Shown here: piece by piece, positions 12,031-25,031 of the stretch
How the letters are laid out: each line of letters opens with the position of its first letter
How positions within the stretch are numbered: position 1 is the first letter of the stretch
Source: Tubulanus polymorphus
Taxonomy: Eukaryota; Animalia; Nemertea
Reading direction: 5' to 3'
NCBI RefSeq assembly: GCF_964204645.1
Contig: NC_134028.1
Coordinates: forward strand, 21,882,345 to 21,946,344
DNA: 64,000 nucleotides
Position numbers and translations under genes: made by a program
The notes under the pieces: generated by a model
Told to the model about the DNA's origin: nothing
The model's database searches: none
What the model saw: the letters and a program-made list of their open reading frames with translations, nothing else

Positions 12031-14718
12031 GACCCTAGCTGGAATGGCGTATCCAGGGTGCGTGCCGGTGGGGTGGTTTACTACCCCGTGCGCCTAAATT
12101 TGGAAAAGCTGAAACAAATCACACAGGTGTTGCCGGATTAACAGCTGGGTACCAAACTGCTAGGGTTTCGTAAAAAAATGTATCTAATAATTTTCGAGTA
12201 ATCATTCAATCAATCATTGTTAACCAATTCGTCAGATTCAATTTAATGTTTATAGTAAAAGTTATGAAAATTCCAATTACTAATCAAAAGTACTAATCAA
12301 TGAGTAAAAAACCATTTTACTAATCATGAGTATAAAATTACTAAAATTAACGATTAACAACAATCGTGTTGATTTTAATTACTAATTCAACGCGTTAACT
12401 GAATAACCAATAGAGAAGGGAGTCTCTGTCTTTCCTTAAACCGGGAAACCTATCAACGTTACGATTTACGTTTTACGAGTTACTTATACATTTCCTACAA
12501 TACGTTACGATTTACGACTAACGTTTTACGAATTACACGTTTTTCACTAATTGGCTTCGGATATCCGAAGCGCGTAATTCAAAGAACGGGTTTCAAAATG
12601 AAGTCGAATTGTCATTTCAAACAGCATAATAAGAGTAATTTATTGTACATAGTGAATCAATCTCGACTGCAATGGTCTATTATTACAGGGCAGAAAATCT
12701 GCGCGTTGGCCATCTGCTGTGCGAACCTTCTCAAAATCTATAAAATGCTGACAATACATTTCACACTGACTGATGACTGCCCCGTTACGTGAATAACTTT
12801 CATAATCGGAGAGTCCAATTTAAGATCATTCTTATCAATTATCATGGCCAGTTTTAAAACTGTTTATTGACAAAACTACAGGAACCACATGAATAATAAG
12901 TCTTCAGCAAAACACAACAGAGCTCTTACATTTGTAAAGATAAGAGATCCATGGAAATATCAAGTAACATTTTTTTAGACAGGGAATTAGCGGAACACCG
13001 GAACGTTGCTTGTATGGTGCGTTTGCACCCGTCGCAAAAAACGTCGTGATAAACGAAATCAGCTGGACTAGGGCCAGGAGCTGAGAATGGAACTCCATTC
13101 TGATATTTAATGAATAATTCATTCAATAAATTTATGTTATCTTTAGTATTTTTAATTCATGTCCATGTTTCAATTCATTCGTTGAAATCATAGTACACTA
13201 AACAGATTCCGCGTGTGTCGGACATTTTTTTAAACTCTTTGGTCATCGGCATTCGTAATATACATACATCTTTCATTCTTCATCGAAAACCCTCGATCGA
13301 ACGCGAAGTTTAAACCCTTGACTACCGCAATTCTTAGCACCACCAATTTGAAGGGGCCGTGGCTAACTCTTTTTGAGGGATTTTGTACACTCAAAAATTG
13401 ATTTTGGAATTTGAGGCGTTTTTGGTGGATTTAGGGGCTTTGGAGCCAACTCGAATCACCGGACCATCGGTGTCTCACACTAAGAGTGGCCCACTGACCG
13501 TAGCGAGAGGCCGGTCCCCGGTAGCGGTTGATCGAATATTTTTGAATATTTTTCGTTTCAAATGAAACGTTTCTCGCATATTTATATTCATAGTTAATGT
13601 ATACGCCACTGCCTGCGCACGTGTCGTAGTATACGCTTATGTTGAAAAATATACACTGCGGTGGCGCTAGCGGACGGACACCCGTATTGTAAAACAAGTC
13701 GCATCTCGTATGTCATATGTCGTATCTCGTATGTTGCATCTCATGTCTCGTATGTTATATCTCATATCTCGTATGTCGTCTGAGGTCTTCCATACCAAAC
13801 AACCTTTGGAAAGACACATTTCTTTAAGGAAATGAAAAATGTTATCAAATCCGTATAGGGTATGTAGGTGGCAGCACAATACGATGAGTTGCATTTTGCC
13901 TGGGCTGCATTAGAACGAACAATCGTTAAAACCACTAGATTCCCCAATTTATGATTCGATTTGATCATGTTAAACCTAAAAAGTGTCTTCATGCCTTTAT
14001 AGATTCTACTTTTGTCTTATCAAGTGTAGTCAATTTTTCGAGATTTTTAAGTGGGGGATATTTTTCGAGCTCTTTTAGAATTAAGAAAGTGTCAAATTGA
14101 CATGAGAGAGTCAGAAATTTGGTTTGAAAAGTTTAGGAAATGCCAAATTATAAAACTACTTAAACTACTAAACATTCTCATGATAAGAGAAAAATAATAT
14201 GCCTCTTTGTTATTAATAAAGGTACTGGGTGCGCACGTCCATTTTTTGCAATAGGTTTACCACTTTGTTTCAATACGATTATTTACTATTACTTGTATAT
14301 TTTGTTATGAACACCGCAAGGAAAAGCATATAATGTATTTTGACTTGAAAATAGTACCTATAAATCATGAATATTTGAAAGTTATTTATTTTGACCTTTT
14401 GAAGAATGCGATCAAGTATTTCAAAGTATATCACGGGTAAATTGTTTTTGCAAAGTGATAATTATTTAGATTTATCATGCTGACTTTAAAAAACGAAAGC
14501 TGGGGATCTCGAGGATTAAATCTAGTTGAAAATGTATGGAAATTGAACTAAATCTTGACAAAATGGTGTTAAGTGTTAAGGGAAAGTTAGTGGCTCGGAG
14601 TCATTGGCCTATTCATGAAATGATTATTAGCGTATAACCCTAATTTTCTTGTTACATTTTTCCACTTAATTTTATGAATCAAATGATAAATAAATACTAC
14701 TCAGTATTTTACTTTTAG

Positions 14719-17700
14719 TGGTGTGAAGGATGCTTGAAGTGTCAGGATATTGATTCTCAACTGGAATTATTGAAGCGAACTGTAAAACATGATTTAGCCC
14801 GAAGATTCCCTCCATCCGTGAAATATCGAACGGCTTTCTTAAAACTTATCATCAACCAGGTGAAAGTTCTCTTTAGCTTTCTAAATGCTAGCGTTATATG
14901 ATGAGAAATTTACTTGATCCACTTACAAAAATGAAATTTACAAAACTTACAAAATTTACAAATTTTATCAAATTCGTTTTTAATACCCTTTTTGGGTATG
15001 TATACTGCAAACTTTTGTGCTGTTTCTAAGTTCAAAAACTTTCGAACTGGGTCCGTGTTTATAGATCTTTATTTCCATTCCTCTTCGTGTATGTAGTGCA
15101 CGTGCTTTCTTATCGATATAGTTGGAACGAAATTGTGCCGAAGTTTGTGAAGAGTTGTATGAAATGTATACGGAGATACTGTCGGAGTCGTCAACGCATC
15201 CGGAATATGGCTCGAAAATTTATTTCCTCGCGGTAACAAGAGAATTAATGATTTTCCATTCGATGTTATTATTTCTATGCTACAACTATTTTATGTGAAT
15301 TATGTTCTCAATATTGCAGCCGAAAATTGACGATTTTGTGACGATCTATGAGTCTAGTCAGCTAGTATCAGATGGAACAACTGGTCTTCGTACTTGGGCT
15401 GTAAGTTGTCATCACGTGGTAGAGTATATACAGTCAACCCCCGATATACCGTCATATACCCAGGCATATACCACCCAGACCACCAAGTTTTCTAAGAGTA
15501 CATCTCTATAAAAATACATAGTAAAACACCCCCGCCTACCGCCAGGTTTTCTAATTGTACATCTGTATACAAGTACATAGTAAAACACGATATACCGCCA
15601 TACTCTCCATACCGCAAAAATCGTTCTTCACCGAGGTGGCCAGTATATCGGGGGTTCACTGAATATCCTAATGGTACAGGCTTTCCTATTATTAATGCGT
15701 AGCTTCTTCTGAGGCGTTCTTTTATGACCTCCGAAGTCTCTATCCGAAATCTCCGGTTGGCTGCACACACAATCCGAATCACACAACCTCGACAGAAAGG
15801 AGGTTTTGGACACTCCAAAAAAACACGTGACCGATAGTAGAGTATAATTGTAGGCAAACGGATTCTTCGATCTGATAAAAGGCTGGAAGGCTTGGAAGGA
15901 GGGCACTCTCGATCGTGCGTACATGTGTGTAGAAATCATGTTTTTTGGGGGGGGGGGTTCTTATTGCCGGAATTGGTTTATGTTTGGGGTGTATGATGGG
16001 GAGTGTACGTACAGCTGCGGGAAAACGTTTGCCACACACTGAACACTTGATTTCATTCCATTTCAGGCTGCGTTCTATTTGGCCGAATATTTATTAGAGA
16101 ATGAATCGTCGATAATGGGCCGTAACGTGCTCGAACTCGGTTGCGGATTAGGTTTCACGGGACTCGCTGTCTGTCGCTCATTGAACCCCGGTTCTTACAC
16201 ATTCTCCGACTGTCACGAATCGGTGATGAAAAGACTCGCGCGTAACGTCGAAACAAACACCGATCGCTGGTCAATGAGCAACAGTAGCTGTTGTCGATTA
16301 CGAACTGTATCTTTAGCGAACCGTCGTCGCAATAAAACCGATACCCAAACGACGGATATTGTCACAGAACTGATTGATTGGAGCCGAGAAGAATCAATGG
16401 ACAAGTTAAAAGATATAGATATAGATGTTATTTTAGCAGCAGGTAATTTTAAAGAATACTAGCTGGATACCCGTCTTCGACAGGTTTGTTGATAAGGAGA
16501 TGTAAACATATCAGCGTTGCAGCAATAACAAAAATAGTTCATGAACTTCCTCACTGGTAGGTTAACGACTAGATCACTAATTTCCTCACAGAGGGAGACA
16601 TCTTCGCTGATGACGTTTTGTATTTCATTTTGTTATGATTTTCTTATACTAAATCTAATACCTCCTTGTAATCATTCACATTTTAAAATATGTCAAAAAC
16701 CTTCCCACAGTTATTTAGGACCAAAGAAGTGTCACGTCAAGATGAAACACCCCACCCAATAACCGTGATGTGTCCGCCAAAAAACCTCCTGCCAATTTAG
16801 ATGCAGCGAGGTTCTGCTTGGTGGTTCTTCTTTACTTTGTTGTGTGAATGTAGTATTATGTGATTCCATATTTCAAGATGTTGTTTACGATAAGACGATA
16901 ATTCCTTCGTTAGTGTCGACATTGGATCATCTTCTCACCGGGAATTCATCTCGTGTCGCATACGTCTCTTCTACTGTACGCGATTCCACTACCCAACAAG
17001 CATTCAAACATCAACTAGGTAACTACAGTCATTTTCCATGGGCGCGCGTAGGAACTGTTAGTGCTAACCGTGGTTAGTCAAGTGTGGTTAGCTAACCATT
17101 GTCTTCGTGCGGCCTCTTATTTTTAGCTGGTTAGCCTAACCACGGATAAGCCACTAACCGCTGGTAAGGCTTACTGAGTTTTCCTGCGCCCGCCCCCGTT
17201 TCATTCGTCTACCGATACGCTACTATGGCAAGCGAGGATTCTGTAATGAAGATCCGCCAGGTGTCGCTAGCAGTTATATACGGTTTCTTAAATTTGAATC
17301 AATTTTACTATAACATCTAATTCTATGAAAACTCTATTTAAAGAACATACAGTAGCAAAATCAATCTTGTATACAAATGTATCTCTTCTGAACCTTGTTT
17401 TGATGATAATTGAATTCAGTTAAGAGTTTATTGAAAATGAACTGGTTTTTTCACGTTATAAAAGACTGACCGTGTAGTGGTGCTATTTTGGTATTTGCTC
17501 TTTACCTCGTACTCTTTGACATAAGTAATTCGCAGCCATCTTCCTTCTAATGTTGCGAACTATGCTTCGAACCTGATGGCAGGTTCGAATCCCTGCCTAG
17601 TAGAGGGAAAATTTTTCGCAACATTCGTTGGCGGGTAGTAAGTATCTAAAATGCTGGCAGTCTTCTTAAAAACAAATGTTTATCTTTTCTTTCAGAATCG

Positions 17701-17814
17701 TCTGGTCTTGTGTTTTCAGTCATGACTCCACCGCCGCATGAAACGTTCATTTACGATAGAACTTCTATAGAAATAATTCGTATTCATAAAAATATTGTTA
17801 CTAATAATACGTGA
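14719..17814 (+). CDS. EEF2KMT: Protein-lysine N-methyltransferase EEF2KMT/FAM86-like (first coding exon not identified)
   Basis: Exons about 14719-14859 (FPPSVKYRTAFLKLII, FAM86 domain), 15122-15232, 15320-15400 (SDGTTGLRTW), 16067-16442 (VLELGCGLGFTG, FSDCH, IDW), 16878-17018 (ADVVYD) and 17696-17814 with stop followed by AATAAA. Splice phases are consistent. Confidence 0.88.
15431..15661. mobile_element. Tc1/mariner-like MITE in an EEF2KMT intron
   Basis: Imperfect TIR CAGTCAACCCCCGATATAC / GTATATCGGGGGTTCACTG, preceded by TA. Confidence 0.6.
16457..16487 (-). mobile_element. Helitron-like 3' terminus
   Basis: On the minus strand a short hairpin (ACCTGTCGAAGACGGGT) is followed after a few nt by CTAG|T. 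Confidence 0.35.
17039..17197. mobile_element. Small MITE-like element
   Basis: Imperfect TIR GGGCGCGCGTAGGAA / TTCCTGCGCCCGCCC with internal GGTTAG/CTAACC repeats. Confidence 0.45.
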
Positions 17815-18164
17815 AATAAAATCCAATCGTTGTTTATGATATGAGACTTAAAGACTTGTTAGCCGTTCATCTTGCTCAGCGATGTAAGTAAGAGGAAGAG
17901 AAGGAGAAAGAGTTGGAGGAGAGGAGGGGAAGGCGAGAGGCACCCTCGTTATTTGTACAGCCTTTAAGTGTTGGATCTATTTTATATTGGACAGGTTTGC
18001 AATTATACACTCGAAAAAAAATATGGCACTATGGCTAACGTGGCCTAATTCTAAAATCGACTATGGTTCCGTACCACGCATTTCAAAGTGTCCGCCAACT
18101 TGGAACAACAATCGTGTAGATCGCGATTTTACACGATTTTCCAACTTGACTGCAAATAATCATC

Positions 18165-18240
18165 ACCCTAGCCCAAGTAGCACTCGAACCTGTCACTTCC
18201 AGCATGCCAGTCGCGCACGCTAACCGCTAGACCACTGCAG
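18165..18240 (-). mobile_element. tRNA-derived SINE head / tRNA-like pseudogene
   Basis: The minus strand reads GCAGTGGTCTAGCGGTTAGCG...GACAGGTTCGAGTGC, with A-box and B-box at tRNA spacing but stems that do not close a full cloverleaf. Confidence 0.5.
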
Positions 18241-19376
18241 ATATCACCACTCGCCATCTACCGGATTATTCCAAAATCAACTCCAATACCGCGAGTATCG
18301 GGAGTAGCCTAATACCGAGTACGGAAATCGAAAGCTGCGTTGCGGTTTTACCAGCTGCCGAGCGTAGAGACCAAAAATAGACATTCATAATAGAAAAGTT
18401 GGCTGAAAACGGACGGTAAGTGTCAGACGATGCGCTGTTTAGGCCTTAAATCGACCCGTTATGACGAGGGTTGGGACATTGGGTTTATTGTTAACGTTCG
18501 TCATAAGTTTCCGAAATACTATTTAGAGAATGTGAGTTGGGTCAAAATGAGACATGAATATTTGGAAGTTGATATCTTGCCAATTTGTTTTAGTAAACGC
18601 TAGAATGATGAACAAAAACTAAGTCAACCCCTGCTCTAATAAGCCCTTTGGGTATCCACTGGTCCGCATTGTTGAATTTTTTGTCCCTTTTTTTCGCCGT
18701 TTAATTATCTCTGGATTGGATTAAGATAGAAACAAAATTAATATATGGATGAACTCAGCTGATAATTAACTTTTTAATGATGTTACTCATTTATAAATTT
18801 ACTGCAACAATGCGCGCTGGTGAAGTTATAAACATTGATATCGTCTTCCTGATAATTCAACTTGAATTATTGCTCATCTCATTCAAAAGTTCGTAATTCT
18901 TGCAAATTTTAATCTACATTTTCGGGGTTTTTAGCATCAATAGACATCTATATGTGGTCGTATGTGCTTTTTACCGTTTTTAAATATCTTTATTAATTTT
19001 AAGTAATTGCGAGTCAAACTTTCAAAACACGTTTTCTAGAGTCCCCTGCGTGCATCTTTATATCAGGAAATTTTACCGGTCCCTACTTACTTGAAAATCA
19101 AAATTTTCAGTAACTAGGGCACCTAGGTTTTTGAAAAATGGTAAAATGGCACAGTGGGTCAGCCGTGTGTACATAGGCCTACTTTTATGATAGACCCCCT
19201 CCTCTCCCTGTAAAAGTGAATTTTTTTTCAAAATCCATGGCTTAAAAAAGGCGAAATTCACCAGCCTAAAATCTCTTTCCCAATGCCGGCAATGTCGGCG
19301 ATGTCGGCAAGTAAAACTAACCTACATTAAAAATCTCTTTCGCAATGTCGAAAATGTCGGCGATGTTAGCAAGTAA

Positions 19377-19714
19377 AGCCCAACGCACACGGCACCGAAA
19401 AAACGTTTTTTCCTCGTGAAAAAAACGTTTTCGATGTTTTTTGCTATGCCGTGTGCGGGGGAGGCAAAACACAAAACGCCGAACTGAAAAACGTTTTTCG
19501 CGAGCAAAAAACGTTTTTCACGAGCAAAAAAACGTTTTTCGCGAAACAAGCACTGCTTGATTTGCGAAAAACGTTTTGTGTAGTCGAAAACGTTTTTCGT
19601 CCCGTGTGCGTTGAACGTTTTATCGTTTGCGGGCAAAACGTTTTACGAAAAACGTTTCGTGAAAACGTGTTTTCTGTTTCGGCGAAACAAATGTTATGCC
19701 ATGTGCGTTGGGCT
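19377..19714. mobile_element. PIF/Harbinger-type (Tourist-like) MITE
   Basis: TIR AGCCCAACGCACA(C/T)GGCA at both ends, TAA target-site duplication (19374-19376, 19715-19717), interior rich in the AAAACGTTTT palindrome. Confidence 0.85.
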
Positions 19715-20239
19715 TAACCTACACTGATCTCTGGCGCATTGATTTTTTTTCTTGTGATAAGTCTTGTCGTTCTACTTTTCCGTATACTATAGGCCTACTT
19801 GAGCCATTCATCAGAGCTCCGACGACGATATAGGGTAATGAAGAAGTGAAAGACCAAGAGCGGGGAATTCCCAGGAAATCCCAACAAATATAGGGGATAT
19901 TTTTAGAAATCACAATGTGTTTCGTGCACAAAGTACGTACTATAAACATTAACCCTACCCCTTGAAAAGTATGTACGCTTTGAGCTCACCCCTCCCCCTT
20001 ACGTGTATACGTACATGCGAACGGATAAGGTTAGCTTGTCGTCAAACATTTTTGGAAAGGTGGTACCGAACAGATCGATGATATTTGAGAAATGTTTTCT
20101 ATATGTACCGATACATACATTCCACACACATTCCAAAGTAGTCCTCGAAAGCCACGAGCGGTGGCCGTACCATGAATATTGACTTACAAAAACATCAAAA
20201 CGTGTTGTTTTTTATATTGCAGGTGAGTTTCCAAGTAAA

Positions 20240-21430
20240 ATGTCTACACGACCGCCGAGACTACGCGAGTTCCTGTTAGATATATTGAATGATGAGGCAG
20301 ATAGGGCTGCTGAATGGACAGATAGACGAGACGGAAAGTTTCGAGTTCGATGGATGCACGCCCGGAAACCCGGCTGGGACGAGAGTCGAGACACAGAAAT
20401 TTTCAAACGATGGATCAATCGCGACGGAACGGGCCCATCGGACACCACGTCACTGCCACAGATGAAGCAAAACTTTCGTTGTGTAATGGAGAGATCGCAA
20501 TATTTTAAGAAAATAAAAGCGATCGAACCTGATGATGGTTACCGATACTACCAGTTCGTGGACTGGGAGGTAGTTTCTGGTGTGGAGCTAATGGATGTCG
20601 ATGATATCATTGGCCCTAGCGAAAACGGGGTTGCTGACCATCCACAAAAATCGTCAGTTCAAAGTGTTAACCCGATGAAATATTCTTTAAACGCCATTGA
20701 AGGAGGCCTTGTGTCAGCGTTTGGAGAAACGCCCGACCTACAGTTCTTCTCTTTAGAAATACACTACAGTAATGTAGTGGTATTAGAAAATACGGCGTTG
20801 CAAGGAAAATCGTGGAGAATAAACTACGGGATCGAGGGTCACAACCTTTCAGTTAATTCTAAAGAAGAAGAGATGGCCAAACAGTTGTACGGCCCACGTG
20901 ACGTCCAGGTTTATAGCCTTCCGAGCGTTGTATCAAATGACAAAACCGAAGAGATATTGCTTCATTTGGGAAGGGGTATAATACTGGAATACGATGATAC
21001 ATGTGGAGACATTTATGTTGAAAGATTATGTGCGTTGAAAGTATATTTCCAAGGCTTCGGCTGCGCTGATTCCGCGACCCCGATCAAACGTTACACACGG
21101 ACGAAGGTATTTTCTTATGACGCTTTCGATCGAGCGGCTTTGCTCTATCAGAAACAACAAGGACTGAAACCGTCAGCGCTCGTGATGATATCATTCGGGA
21201 AAGAATGGAATAGTCCGTATCAGATCGTGAAGACTGCCGCTTTGGCTCTGGTAACTAATAATCTGGCGAAACGACTGTTGGACGAACTTTCCAAGAAAAT
21301 GGGCGATAGTTCACTTGAAATTTCGTCGTTGGATGTTCTTGACATGGCGTCTGAGAATCTGAAAATGCGTCAAATTGACCAATTAAGAATCAGTAGCGAT
21401 GACTGGGACTGGTTGGAAAAGCATGATTGA
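20240..21430 (+). CDS. Interferon regulatory factor (IRF) with tryptophan-repeat DNA-binding domain and C-terminal IAD1/SMAD-FHA-like domain, single coding exon, 396 aa
   Basis: RLREFL..EW.D...KFRVRWMHA..PGWD..DTEIFKRW..KQNFRC..YRYYQF; C-terminal LYGP..LP..TEEILLHLGRGIIL..IYVERLC..KVYF..KVFSY..ISFG.EW. Confidence 0.92.
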   Translation: MSTRPPRLREFLLDILNDEADRAAEWTDRRDGKFRVRWMHARKPGWDESRDTEIFKRWINRDGTGPSDTTSLPQMKQNFRCVMERSQYFKKIKAIEPDDGYRYYQFVDWEVVSGVELMDVDDIIGPSENGVADHPQKSSVQSVNPMKYSLNAIEGGLVSAFGETPDLQFFSLEIHYSNVVVLENTALQGKSWRINYGIEGHNLSVNSKEEEMAKQLYGPRDVQVYSLPSVVSNDKTEEILLHLGRGIILEYDDTCGDIYVERLCALKVYFQGFGCADSATPIKRYTRTKVFSYDAFDRAALLYQKQQGLKPSALVMISFGKEWNSPYQIVKTAALALVTNNLAKRLLDELSKKMGDSSLEISSLDVLDMASENLKMRQIDQLRISSDDWDWLEKHD

Positions 21431-22730
21431 TGAAGATGTGGAGAACTTGCTCAAAGTGTTACAAAAGGTGCCAATTGAAAAAGAAGACATTTTTCTATTA
21501 CCAGATATTCTTAAAGACTTTTCCATAATTGGGTTGCACGGTCTAAACCAATGCGTTCATTGTTCATGGTATTGCTAAACTACGTGTGTTTAGACGGATA
21601 TTCGAATAATGACTTTTAATGTGTTGATATGTCTCAACAAACCATTTTCTTGCTTTCTAACATATTTTGTTTGTCCGTCAGGTTTATTGTATTTGTTTTG
21701 GTGACCTGGTATAGCTATAGTCACCTGGCAAATACAATATATATTACATGCTTATTATTTCAATTCAGACCTCTGAAGGTATTCCATGTCACTTGTTCAT
21801 GAGGAGACAAACTAGATTTTCTTCGCGCAAGAAAAACTAAATTAAAGTCGGTTTTAGTTTGGTTCTGTTCATATCAACTTCGATCAGTTCCAATGCTTTT
21901 TTTCGCTTTTACATAAAATGGGTTGCATAGTCCGAAAAATTGTGCTCTTTCGTCGATGTAAAATTTTGACGATATTTTTATTGTTAGGAATTAGTTAACT
22001 ACGTATGTTTAGACGGACATGAAGAATTATTGAATCGAATTAACACTTTAAAAAGAAGAATAAACACTTTCAATGTATATATTTTTCACAGAACAAAATG
22101 TGTCTGCCATTGTTATGGTTTTTTGGTTGACCGCCGTGTTGTGGGTGTCGGTGCGTGGAGAATGTCTACCTGTGTTGTATATTTGAGTAATATCCCCGGT
22201 AGTTGTATCGGAGTTGATTTTTTGGTTCGGTCGTGGAGCGTGCGCTATCAGTGTTGTCCCGACTTCTATTTCTTTTCAATTGACAATGACTAAACAAACG
22301 TTTGGTCTATCGTTCCATCATCTATTCCACTATAGCTTCTTCATACAATCTTCATCCCAATTATTTCGCAGCTTCTTATCTCTCTAGCTCCACCACCTTA
22401 AGTTCTCCTAGGTTTCTTTTTCTACTGTACTGAAACCCTCCCTTTTATACTCGTTTTAGCTTTCACGTGACGTATACTTCCACGCAGCCCGGCACAATAG
22501 CCTGTGACGTATCATCTTGTCATACCATTCCCCCAAGCTATGTAAAGCGTTTCTACGTGTATGATACGTCACAAGCGCTAAATTTAATACTTGAACTTAC
22601 CTAGGCTGCTGCTATATCAAGCTTCCACACGTATACAGCCACCTAGGTTCAACTCCAGAATAGGTCAAAATAGTTCCATCGTGCAGGGTTTTCTTAAATG
22701 AGGGGAGTGGTTCGGTTTTAAATTGCCACC

Positions 22731-22845
22731 AGAAACCTGATTGTCGACCATTTCTCGGGTCGGCAATCGGCAATCAGAAACCTGATAGTCGACTATTTCT
22801 CGGGTCGACAATCAGGTTTCTGATTGCCGATTGCTGATTGCCGAC
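22731..22845. repeat. Short fold-back repeat
   Basis: CAGAAACCTGAT(T/A)GTCGAC and GGCAATC units present in direct and inverted orientation. Confidence 0.6.
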
Positions 22846-24027
22846 TTCTGAAAATTACTTCACGTGCCTCTTTCTATCGATCTGCGCGTATTAATACTTT
22901 TCTCAGTGAAAATGTTGGAACCAACCCGCAGATCTACTTTTACCTGTTCTGGAGTTGAGCCGATACCTACGTCACTCTCACCAATCTTCTATTCAATGTC
23001 TTATGTGTGACGTAAGCATTCACGATGGTTGCTTGCTAACCGCAACTCCGGCTTCCTTTCCCGTTATCTAAACAACTAATATATCACCCCAATACCATAA
23101 TCAAACAACTTCGATCAGTTTCAAAACGATGAAGCCTTTTACCTTTCTTCGATTTTTTTCTTTTTGTATCTATCATTCTTCTGCGGGTTTTCATCATCCT
23201 CATCCACTTGATTCTGATTTGGATTTTCAGAATTCGGGTCGGGAATTGTGTACTCCGGGTCTTCATATAGGTAATTCACTTCTCAACCACCTCGGCGCCA
23301 ATAACGGAATTCTTTTCAGTATTTCCCTCAGATATCGGGTCGCATGAACTCTGTTTTCGGTTGCACGTTTTCGTTACCGGATCGTACCAGGTCGTCACGC
23401 ATATCCTTAACGTTTCCGTACTTAACGGCGTTAACCTGATACATGTGTCCAGCCCCGACGAATAAACTCGAAGCCTTGGAACCGAATCTTATAAACCTCG
23501 TGAAGGTTTCAAATTTTTTTGTCAGTCGTCTAGACAATAAATACCGAATCTAATGCCTCGAATGAACAAAGATGCTTTGTATTTCCATTCGTTAAAGATC
23601 TAGTGTCGTTAGCCGCGATCACACGGAATCAAATTGGCACGGATCAGGATCACGTCCAGAGGGCACGCAAACGCAATAATTTGACCCGTGATAGAATTTG
23701 GTGAAAATAGAAAATGTGAGCAGTTGTTCCGGGCCAAAAACGCTCGTGTGATCGCGGCAATTGTACCATGCGAGCTTCGAAATGTTTGTACAGACTCGAA
23801 GGATTGCAGAGCGCCATAGGGCACCGGACGCGGATACAACCACTTCTAGGACTGAGTGAGAATATCAATTCAGTAGATTAAAAACTTGACTATTTGATTA
23901 ATCAGTTACAACTAACACACATTGACCCAGCGGAAAGCTCATAGATTATACGATACATTATTCAGTTTTACCCGCTGGTGTTTTATCAACATATTTCGAA
24001 CATTTATACAATGCACATAGACGGCGC

Positions 24028-24063
24028 ATACATACATACATACATACATACATACATACATAC
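24028..24063. repeat. (CATA)n microsatellite
   Basis: About 9 tandem CATA units. Confidence 0.9.
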
Positions 24064-25031
24064 CACAGACCGTACCACACAGATAATGGATTGGTTATGA
24101 AAATATCAAATAACGATGGTAAGTATCACCATGACATACCGTATAAGTTATTGTTTATTTTGCTTTAATACGTCGTTCCGATATTGGTTTCCAAAGGCTA
24201 ACCATATTGTTCATACATATACGACGGGCTTTTATGTGTAGAAGATATGTTTATAGTATTTAGTATCCAATTGATGTACCAGCTGTCGTTCTGAAAAAGG
24301 CTGCCTACAACATGCATTGAATGGCGGAGCAGTCCTATTCTAGATCATAGCGTCTAAAATTCAATTAGCATTGAATTTTGATACTGATGCCACCTCGCAA
24401 AATATCTCAGAATCAGAGGCGGCTGTATTTCGTGAATTTTCGTTTTGCGAAACCTCAAATGGTTTTTATCTTGCTAGTGCGTGTGCGGCTGAAGCAACCA
24501 ATATATCATGTCCTTAACTCGCGTATTTGATTAAACAGATCATGATTGTTGACGGTAATTATTGTTGAAGTCATTTTGTGATCATTGAGGCACTTCCTAT
24601 TCAAGATTTGCTGTCTAGGCGCCGGAAGCATTTAGACCGATGTCTCGGCGCAAAGCAATAAATATTGTCTAAGAATTCAATGGTTTTCTAAGTTTAGTAT
24701 CACGCTCGCGATCTCAATGTTTATGAAGCAGTATTGAAAATCATTCAAGACTGGAAAAATAACATTCAAAATTTCCAGTTCGTGGCTTCAAAGAAATACG
24801 ACTCGAAGACCGTATAAAAGAAATGACATTTTAAAAGCAGTTTTGTCGGTCTTTGAATGATTTATTCATTTCGATCGTTACACGAAGTAAAAGGGACTAA
24901 CAGATATTCAAACCAGATAGAACGATAAAACATATAATAGACTATGTTGTGGTCGTCGTCCTTGGGCCGATATTGAGCAGGAGTTTAAGGGAGAAGAGGA
25001 GGTTAAGATCTTATTGTTTTTATACTAGGCG

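Noticed and set aside
14473-14533. Candidate first exon of EEF2KMT (MLTLKNESWGSRGLNLVEN)
   Set aside because: The phase fits but there is no resemblance to FAM86 N-termini, so the start is left undefined.
17565-17600. GGTTCGAATCCC B-box suggesting a tRNA (similar at 8435 and 35068 on the minus strand)
   Set aside because: No complete cloverleaf; probably SINE or MITE debris.
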